NCBI GenBank assembly: GCA_035640315.1
Contig: DASQWJ010000007.1
Span: 1 to 32,842, forward strand
Source of the DNA: Nitrososphaeraceae archaeon
GTDB taxonomy: Archaea; Thermoproteota; Nitrososphaeria; Nitrososphaerales; Nitrososphaeraceae
DNA: 32,842 nt
Reading direction: 5' to 3'
In this document: positions 1 to 7,408 of the stretch, one piece after another
Layout of the letters: every line of letters begins with the position of its first letter
Position numbering within the stretch: the first letter of the stretch is position 1
The notes under the pieces: generated by a model
Seen by the model: the letters and a program-made list of their open reading frames with translations, nothing else
Told to the model about the DNA's origin: nothing
Databases searched by the model: none
Position numbers and translations under genes: made by a program

Positions 1-1422
1 AGAAAGTACAAAACTTGGACTGTAGTGGTAAGATCCTGTGGGGGCTGATGATGTACTAACGTAAAGTAATGGCTCAGCGTTGTTATCTTGATCTCCAGTA
101 AAGTATCCATGACCATTCCCATCACATACTGTCGTAGGAGATGATCCCGAATTTCTCAAGGCGTTTCGGATATCAGAAGGTGATGCATTTGGATTCTCAG
201 AACCATACAAGGCGGCCGCACCGGTAACGTGAGGAGTTGATGCACTCGTACCACTAAATGAGTTGGTATAAGAACTGCCTCTGGCTGTTGATTTTATGAG
301 AACGCCTGGTGCAGCGATATCCACGACAGAGCCAAAATTGCTAAAAGATGCCAAAGTGTCATCATTTCCAGCCGTAGTAGAAGAAGAAAGACCACCACAC
401 TTGCCGTCCGTATCAACTATTGCAGAAACTGCAATAACTTCGGGATAACTCGCAGGGATTACAGTTGAAGCATCTTTATCATCATTACCGGCGGCAGCTG
501 CATATGTTACTCCAGCTGATACAGAATTAACTATCGCCGTACGAAGTGAAGTACTTGAACCCGTACCTCCAAAACTCATATTGGCAGCATCTATTTCGTC
601 AGCATGTGCCGCGATATAATCGATACCTTCAATTATGTCGGAAGTAAATCCGTTTCCGCTACTGTCCAGGACCTTGACTGACCACAATCTAGCACCGGGT
701 GCAATGCCGACTACTCCATCAGAATTATCTTTTGCAGCAGCAATTCCTGCAACCGCAGTGCCATGTCCATTATCATCATTACCACTACTTGTTCCTGAAA
801 CGAAAGTTACTTGATTGTAGACGTTCAGGTCAGGGTGACTTAGATCTATTCCGGTGTCTAATATTGCGATGTCAACATTTACGGAACCACTTCCATCTCC
901 AGATTTTGCAGAACTGAGATCGGCATCTACTCTGTCAATTCCGGTTGGCAAACTCTGAGCGAATGCCTTAACCTTTATGTCAGGTTCCACATAATCTACT
1001 TCGGGAATTTTCATGATTGCCTCAAGGGCTTTTTCATTTGGAACTTTGATTGCAAACCCACCTATCGCATTATCATAGATATGCCTAAGTGCAGCTCCTT
1101 GATTTGTTGCTTCACCTGCCAGTAATTTTACTTTTCCAGGTGATAATAGATTGTTATCCTTTAGTACTACGATGTATTGGTCTGGTACCTTCTCACCCTT
1201 AACGTCTCTTAATTTTTTTGTAATGTCCTGTATATTACTCCTCACGTCATCTATTATCTGATTCTGCAGAGAACTTGTGCCCACAGGCTTTGCTTCTGCT
1301 TGAAAAAAAGATTCTGAAATAGGACTTGAAATAGAGCTTGAACACAAAAGCGCTATCAGCACAATAGCAACAACGATGATATGCATGTTAGAGCTGCCAT
1401 GGACCACTGATTTCTTCCCCAT
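1..1422 (-). CDS. Secreted S8 (subtilisin-like) serine protease with I9-type propeptide, 3' end outside window
   Basis: Not in ORF track because no stop lies in the window. Manual translation from ATG at 1422 gives MGKKSVVHGSSNMHIIVVAIVLIALLC (signal/anchor) and DQYIVVLK...YVEPD (propeptide). Catalytic motifs are AILDTG (Asp), GHGTAVAG (His), AAAGN (oxyanion Asn) and SGTSASTPHVTG (Ser). The frame stays open to base 1. Confidence 0.95.
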   Translation of the reverse strand, partial: MGKKSVVHGSSNMHIIVVAIVLIALLCSSSISSPISESFFQAEAKPVGTSSLQNQIIDDVRSNIQDITKKLRDVKGEKVPDQYIVVLKDNNLLSPGKVKLLAGEATNQGAALRHIYDNAIGGFAIKVPNEKALEAIMKIPEVDYVEPDIKVKAFAQSLPTGIDRVDADLSSAKSGDGSGSVNVDIAILDTGIDLSHPDLNVYNQVTFVSGTSSGNDDNGHGTAVAGIAAAKDNSDGVVGIAPGARLWSVKVLDSSGNGFTSDIIEGIDYIAAHADEIDAANMSFGGTGSSTSLRTAIVNSVSAGVTYAAAAGNDDKDASTVIPASYPEVIAVSAIVDTDGKCGGLSSSTTAGNDDTLASFSNFGSVVDIAAPGVLIKSTARGSSYTNSFSGTSASTPHVTGAAALYGSENPNASPSDIRNALRNSGSSPTTVCDGNGHGYFTGDQDNNAEPLLYVSTSSAPTGSYHYSPSFVLS

Positions 1423-1432
1423 AGTCGTAGTA

Positions 1433-1463
1433 CCCCTCCACTTTGATCGTATTATGATATAAA
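1433..1463 (-). promoter_or_regulatory. Putative TATA box and Shine-Dalgarno for the protease gene
   Basis: Minus strand has TTTATATC (1463-1456), then GGAGGGG (1439-1433) 10 nt before the ATG at 1422. Confidence 0.5.
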
Positions 1464-1590
1464 CATTCAATTCTTGACCAAAGTTAATGACCCAGAATGA
1501 ATGAAGAATGCTAATAATTGCTATACAGACTAATAAGACAAAATTAAAGTCCTGTTTATTTCAACAAGCCCAGAGTTATGAAGGATTAAT

Positions 1591-1944
1591 ATGTCTTCTC
1601 GACATATATTAACCAGTGATAAAGGCAAAGTGTGGCCATCTTGTTGAAAAAAATACATAGATGTACATGATGGACCCTGTAGAAAATGTCATTCTAATTT
1701 TTCCTTTATTCAAGATCTGGAATCAAAGGGTGGTGAAGACGCATTGATACAATATTGGTATGCCATGATACTTACAAAGCTGTCTGGAGTAAATGAGCAA
1801 GAATCTACTTGCCTAATAGGATATTTGATAGAATTTTATCAAAAACAATTAGTGATAGTTTCGTCAAAGGAGAGGTATGTAAAGAAAATGCTGTACATGT
1901 TAAATTCCTTGCTGACACCATTTGATCTTAAAACTTTAAAATAG
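1591..1944 (+). pseudogene. Frameshifted small Cys/His (zinc-binding-like) protein
   Basis: The frame of ORF 1744-1944 is open back to 1648 (KKYIDVHDGPCRKCHSNF...). Another frame at 1613-1651 reads PVIKAKCGHLVEK. The two join by a -1 shift in the A7 run at 1647-1653, giving CGH-x9-H-x3-CRKC. ATG 1591 is in the downstream frame but hits TGA at 1645. Confidence 0.55.
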
Positions 1945-2069
1945 TAATTCCTCGCACTTTTATGAAATCAAATAACCAAACAACCGAGATATCAACGGAA
2001 ACGAGACATCAATGGTCCCTAATAGTGGTAAACATTATATAATATGACCTCTAAAACAAAATCGAAATT

Positions 2070-4247
2070 TCAATCAGGTGACTTTGAGTAGTTACCCGCA
2101 ATATCATGTTTCCAAAGATAGTTTTCAGGGTCATGCGACGTTGCGACTGACCATATGTCATAGTTTGCATTTATTCTATCTCCTGCGGCATTAAGGATTA
2201 TGTTGCCAGAAATTCCATTGTACTCTGCTGCAGTAGCATTTATAACTTTTTTAAGAGATTCGATATCAATATCTGCATCGGCATCTATATCAAATGTTTT
2301 GTCATCAATAATCTTCTCTAAACTTAGTGCCGTAACCCACAAGGTATCATATGCAAGAATCGGATAAGTTAATACGCTAGATCCATGTAGTTTTTTTTCA
2401 ATTTCCTTTTCTATTAACTCAGATCTATTGTTGGTTAGATCTATTTGAAAAAGGGGATTAGAGAAATTTATCATTTCTGCAAAATGAGCTGCATCATGAT
2501 TTCTAATTATCTGCATGTTCTGTGCAGACGCATCGCTTCCGTACCATTTCACTTGTTGTAATCCTTGATGTTCATTTGATTGAATTAATATTGGTGTTAC
2601 CTCGTCGAACGAAACAAGGTAAATTCCTACATGACGAGATTCAATTGTATGGGTTACATTTTCCAAAATATTGCTGAGTTTTTTTAAATATTGGTTCCAC
2701 ATTATGAAATTAATTCTATGTAAGCTTGAGGAAAATTCTCCTGTGTGAGCATGATATTCAACACCTTCGATAACAAGTCCGCCTTTTTTTTCAAAACTCC
2801 TTTTCATTTCCTTTACTAGTTCGTTACCAAAAGTATCGCCACGCCATACGGGGATAACTACTCGAATCCCATCATTCCACATCTTATTCGAAATAAATTC
2901 AGCTTGATTCTTATCGTCAGGAACAAATCTAAATAGATTATCATTTGCAATTGACAATGCTGGAGAAGTACTTGAAGGGCTGATCAAAATAATACCATGT
3001 TGATTAGCATAATCCCGCACGGACATTACGGCGGCACTTGTAGCTGGACCAATAATGATCCTTACTCCTGAATTATCCAATTTTTCAATTGCGCGAATAC
3101 TTTCAACAGGATCTGTCTTAGAATCCCCAACTAATAATCTAATCCTTATGGAAGAATTCTTGTTATCAAAATACTCATTAACATCTTCCTGTGCCTTCTC
3201 TACGGCAATTCTTATCGATTTTCCTCCGGATGACCATGCTCCAGTCAAAGAAGATATCAATCCAACAGGGACTTCTTTGATCCCATGACTATTTGCTTCT
3301 ACAATTGAATTTGGTTCTTGAGATATGTTGCTATTATTAGCTAGAAACAACGCATATCCTGCAATTGAGATAATAAATATTAGAATTAGCGTTATGCCAG
3401 TAACTGTAGTTTTTGTCTTTCTGCTAAATATATTCTTAATTCTATGAAAAACGTTAATTTGATCAGGATTTGAATTATTTGCCAATCTAATATACCACAA
3501 CAAGCCTCCAGCAATCATAATGTAATGCGCAGACAGTAACAATGCAGATATCCAGAGTTGTTCCACAAATTCAGTCAAAACAATTATCGCAAACCAGCTG
3601 TCCCCTAAAACAATAACAAGAAATCCTATTAGTTCGCAAGTCCATGCGATATCATGTTTCATATCCTTTTCTATCTCCTTTTCTTTTCTTAATCCATACA
3701 AGATGATTATCGCCATAAATGATAACACAGAGTTGAATGCCGGATATACTATAGTCACTGCGAACATTAGCTGACCTCTTAAAGTCGACACTACTGAAAG
3801 ATCGAGAGTAACATTGAAAATGTATGCCAGGAAAACTGCTATAACCACAGCTACGGTCCCCGTAAATTTCTTGGTTGGTTTCTTTCTCAGGGATTTGTAC
3901 TCGATATGTAGTCGGACAATCAAAATAGAATAAGCAGAAAGCAATAACACATCTGCAAGTGATGGTACTGGAGCCATTAAATGCTCTATCACCTCATAAT
4001 ACGCCCAGACAATATTAGCAGCAAACCACAGTACTAGACCTGTAACAAGAAAAATATTGGCCTTTAGATTGCTCTTATCTTTCTCTTTTATGGTAACAAA
4101 TACTGCAAGACTGGCTGCAACGGAAGAATTGACGTTTAGTACGAGATTAGCAAAGAACAATTTATCTTCCTGTTCCGAAAAAATTATCAAAGAGTCCCCT
4201 ATAGCTATCGCCAAAATTATGGAAATGTATAGGTCTCTTGGTCGCAA
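2070..4247 (-). CDS. Polytopic membrane protein (about 9 TM) fused to a C-terminal type I periplasmic-binding (LivJ/Peripla_BP_6-like) domain
   Basis: 725 aa. About 9 hydrophobic segments lie in residues 1-305. They are followed by VGLISSLTG, DSKTDP, IIGPATS, ISPSSTSPALS, LFRFVPDD, AYDTLW and GISGNIILNAAGDR, typical of branched-chain amino acid binding proteins. Confidence 0.85.
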   Translation of the reverse strand: MRPRDLYISIILAIAIGDSLIIFSEQEDKLFFANLVLNVNSSVAASLAVFVTIKEKDKSNLKANIFLVTGLVLWFAANIVWAYYEVIEHLMAPVPSLADVLLLSAYSILIVRLHIEYKSLRKKPTKKFTGTVAVVIAVFLAYIFNVTLDLSVVSTLRGQLMFAVTIVYPAFNSVLSFMAIIILYGLRKEKEIEKDMKHDIAWTCELIGFLVIVLGDSWFAIIVLTEFVEQLWISALLLSAHYIMIAGGLLWYIRLANNSNPDQINVFHRIKNIFSRKTKTTVTGITLILIFIISIAGYALFLANNSNISQEPNSIVEANSHGIKEVPVGLISSLTGAWSSGGKSIRIAVEKAQEDVNEYFDNKNSSIRIRLLVGDSKTDPVESIRAIEKLDNSGVRIIIGPATSAAVMSVRDYANQHGIILISPSSTSPALSIANDNLFRFVPDDKNQAEFISNKMWNDGIRVVIPVWRGDTFGNELVKEMKRSFEKKGGLVIEGVEYHAHTGEFSSSLHRINFIMWNQYLKKLSNILENVTHTIESRHVGIYLVSFDEVTPILIQSNEHQGLQQVKWYGSDASAQNMQIIRNHDAAHFAEMINFSNPLFQIDLTNNRSELIEKEIEKKLHGSSVLTYPILAYDTLWVTALSLEKIIDDKTFDIDADADIDIESLKKVINATAAEYNGISGNIILNAAGDRINANYDIWSVATSHDPENYLWKHDIAGNYSKSPD

Positions 4248-4463
4248 GTTCTCTTGTTTTTCAATAAATGATAGATATATTAACTATAATCATGAGGACC
4301 AATAACTAGTTTGATCCATACGCTCAGGACAAAATTGATTCTAGTTAATTCGCTTTCTGCGAGGTAGGTTATGAGAGATCAATCCAATCTTTCAGAAGAG
4401 ATTATGGTCCATTGAATTCTACAACAGAGTAGAAAGAAAATTTTCCTGAATAATCAAAATTGA

Positions 4464-5276
4464 TTACATAACCATATTATCTGCTTCTGGGAGATTCACA
4501 ACAGTCATATTGTCATTTATTACAACTATTCCAAGACTGCTTAATATCCCCAGTAATATCAGAACAATTCCAACTGACCTTGCAATCCATATACCTCTTG
4601 ACCAAATCTTTTCTCCAAATATTACTGCAGCAAAAAGCGCCATCCAGGATATGTTCATCCATCCAAGAGATACCATAATTAGAAAATATGGCCAACAACA
4701 TCCAAGGCAATAGAGTCCATGGAATGTACCCATTTTGATTGCACCTATTGTTCCGTTATTCCATCTTCTCATAAAGAAACTAAGGGGAGATTCGCAATAG
4801 CCGATACATTTGTTCTTTAGCGGCGTAAATTGGTATATCCCCGAGATAATCAAAATGCTACCAAATATTATTCCAATATTATTTGTATCACTAGATATAA
4901 CTACATAATTCATGGGCACGGACCATGCCAATAGTAATCCTACTCCTGTTAGCGCCCAGATTACAAGGTACATTCCAACAAAGAGTATCATTTTAAGTCT
5001 GAAGAATTTTGATTCAAGTCTTTCTGTTTCTGCTGACGATATCGATTGTTCATTGGTAAGTAGTTTATTGTAAAGTAGGACCATTGGTACTATCGCTGGA
5101 AACATCATCGCTGCCATTCCTGCAGTCCAACTGGCAGTAAATAATCCGATTAGTAGCGGATTATAGTTAACCATAATACTCATCATGTCTGGCTGATTTA
5201 TAGACACAATCCATGAAAATATGGAAATTGATACAAGTGAAACCAAAATGAGTTTTTGCAATTTTTTCATGTTCAA
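4464..5276 (-). CDS. DUF2182-family predicted metal-binding integral membrane protein
   Basis: Motifs WTAGMAAMMFP, YQFTPLKNKCIGYCESP, GLYCLGCCW, GWMNISWM and FGEK; multiple TM segments. Confidence 0.88.
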   Translation of the reverse strand: MNMKKLQKLILVSLVSISIFSWIVSINQPDMMSIMVNYNPLLIGLFTASWTAGMAAMMFPAIVPMVLLYNKLLTNEQSISSAETERLESKFFRLKMILFVGMYLVIWALTGVGLLLAWSVPMNYVVISSDTNNIGIIFGSILIISGIYQFTPLKNKCIGYCESPLSFFMRRWNNGTIGAIKMGTFHGLYCLGCCWPYFLIMVSLGWMNISWMALFAAVIFGEKIWSRGIWIARSVGIVLILLGILSSLGIVVINDNMTVVNLPEADNMVM

Positions 5277-5502
5277 TCAGTTGACAAATATAGAAAATGT
5301 AAAGATGCAATTCCCATGGATCTATTTTGCAAAATGAAGAATTTAAGATTTGTATAAATGGTGAATTACTATCTTGATGTGAAATCTATTGATATTCGGT
5401 TTGGATGAGGCTGCCTCAAGACGTAAACATTACGGGTTTATATGGCTTTAAATACCAATAAATACCAACACATATATAGTATTTTGTGCCAAGTAAAGTC
5501 AC

Positions 5503-6036
5503 ATGTCTTCAAATAAGGACAAAAATAGAGAAATTTTTAACATCACTTTAGATGAGACAAAATCGACAGTAAAAAAGACAGCCGAAGAGGCTATCAAGGA
5601 AATTCCAAGATACACGAAAGCCGTCAATGACTATCAAGAAGAATCTATTCAGGCAACAAAGGAAATAGCAGATAATTTTCTAGAATCTCAAAAAGAGATT
5701 ATCCACTCCCTTCAATCCTTATGGATTCCGTATGTTGAAAACGTACAGAACTCCTATTGGTCATACTGGACCTCGCCAAAGAGAGCCACAGAAAATTATG
5801 CAAGAACAGTAAGCAACATTACCGACAGTACTATTGCCTCAACCAGATTAGCAAACAATGTGTTATTTGCTTCCATGGATGCATGGAAAACATCGTTACA
5901 GCATGCAAGAGACAACGCCAAGGAATTTTCACGACTCAACGCAAATTTCGCAAGAACCTTTGAAAATGTAGCAAAAGATAGCTTGCGAGATTTTTCTAAC
6001 AGAGAAATACAATCACAAGCACAGACACGACAATAA
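5503..6036 (+). CDS. Conserved-looking all-helical hypothetical protein (possibly phasin-like)
   Basis: 177 aa, ATG start, TATATA about 30 nt upstream. Amphipathic helical composition with no Cys or Gly and no TM segment. Confidence 0.75.
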   Translation: MSSNKDKNREIFNITLDETKSTVKKTAEEAIKEIPRYTKAVNDYQEESIQATKEIADNFLESQKEIIHSLQSLWIPYVENVQNSYWSYWTSPKRATENYARTVSNITDSTIASTRLANNVLFASMDAWKTSLQHARDNAKEFSRLNANFARTFENVAKDSLRDFSNREIQSQAQTRQ

Positions 6037-6185
6037 ATTCTTACGATAGATCAAAAGATCCGATCTATCCATTTTTGTTTTACAACTATATTTTTAAGAT
6101 TTGATCAAATTAATAAGCTAATTTCAATAGAAATAAGCTACATTCCTTACTATGAACTATAGCCTCGGCTGTCCAAATAATAAGC

Positions 6186-7373
6186 ATGGAGATAAGTGAT
6201 GTCCCACACAATAGTAAGATGCATGTCACTAGGATGTCTCCACTACGACATTGCAGTATAGGAAGGAGACAAAGTGTATCCATAGAATCAGAAGATAATG
6301 CAAGAAAAAATGAAGTGATTTTTTCCAACAAGTCAGAATGCTACTGCATTTCAATGATAGACATAGTTGGATCTACACAAATTACATCAAAACTGTACAA
6401 CTCCGGAAAGATTAAGAAATTTTATACAGTTTTTATCAATGAAATTGCCGATATTGTAAAGCTCCACGACGGAAAAATATTAAAAACAGTTGGCGATGGT
6501 GTAATATTCTTCTTTCCTAAAACCTCAGCTGTAGAAAACATGGATGCCTTCAAACAAGCGTTGGAATGTTTACTTAACATGGTATCATCCCGTCATATTC
6601 TAAATACTAAACTTCATAAAGAATTCCTTCCAGATATATCCTATAGAATTAGTGCAGATTATGGTAAATTGGAAGTTGCGATGTCGGGTGAAATATCCAG
6701 TTCTTACGATCTCTTTGGTCCTACAATAAACTTTTGTGCTAAAATAAATAAAAAGGCCCCGCCAAACGGGATAGCCGTAGGTGCAGATTTGTGGAGAATC
6801 GTGAATTCATTTCCAAAGCTTGCTAAACGTTACCACTTTCAGGAAATAAAAGAACTATCTTGGAAAGAAAATAAATATTCGTATCCTGTATATATGCTAA
6901 AATTAAGTTCAGAAAGATACATTAGCAAAAAACCATTATTGTCATCCAGAGATGACTCTATGTATGAACTTGAACCTATACCCAAAGTCCCAACAGTATT
7001 GTTGATAGATGATGATCCATCTATCTCCTTTCTATTTACTCAATATCTGAGATCAGCGGGAATGGTTGTAGATTCATTTACTGATCCTGAGAAGGCCCTT
7101 ACACATTTCATAGAATCAGATTATAGATATTATGATCTTGTAATTACTGATATTAGGATGACACAACTTAATGGATTTGAGTTATACCAGCAGTTAAAGA
7201 CTCTTGATCCAAACGTCCAGATAATATTTGTTACAGCGCTTGATATTGCCCAAGAAATTACCACGTTATTGCCCGAAATAAAGCTAAACCAATTCCTTAT
7301 CAAACCCGTGAACCCAAATGTACTTATTAACAGTGTCAAACAACACGCAAAGAAGCCTATCGAGGGAGCATAA
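6186..7373 (+). CDS. Class III adenylate/guanylate cyclase domain fused to a C-terminal response-regulator receiver
   Basis: Cyclase motifs are IDIVGST, LKTVGDG, RISADYG and YDLFGPTINFCAKI. Receiver motifs are LLIDDD, LVITDIRM (phospho-Asp), FVTA and IKP. The exact start is uncertain. Confidence 0.9.
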   Translation: MEISDVPHNSKMHVTRMSPLRHCSIGRRQSVSIESEDNARKNEVIFSNKSECYCISMIDIVGSTQITSKLYNSGKIKKFYTVFINEIADIVKLHDGKILKTVGDGVIFFFPKTSAVENMDAFKQALECLLNMVSSRHILNTKLHKEFLPDISYRISADYGKLEVAMSGEISSSYDLFGPTINFCAKINKKAPPNGIAVGADLWRIVNSFPKLAKRYHFQEIKELSWKENKYSYPVYMLKLSSERYISKKPLLSSRDDSMYELEPIPKVPTVLLIDDDPSISFLFTQYLRSAGMVVDSFTDPEKALTHFIESDYRYYDLVITDIRMTQLNGFELYQQLKTLDPNVQIIFVTALDIAQEITTLLPEIKLNQFLIKPVNPNVLINSVKQHAKKPIEGA

Positions 7374-7408
7374 TCATAACTATTGAACAAGGAAAGTGTA
7401 TATAAAAC

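Noticed and set aside
699-917. 72-aa His/Gln-rich plus-strand ORF
   Set aside because: Antisense shadow of the subtilisin gene, which has full catalytic motifs.
1639-1650. In-frame TGA after Cys (PSC-TGA) as possible selenocysteine
   Set aside because: The alternative frame (KCGHLVEK) gives a more coherent metal motif, no SECIS-like element was recognised, and Sec is not expected in this lineage.
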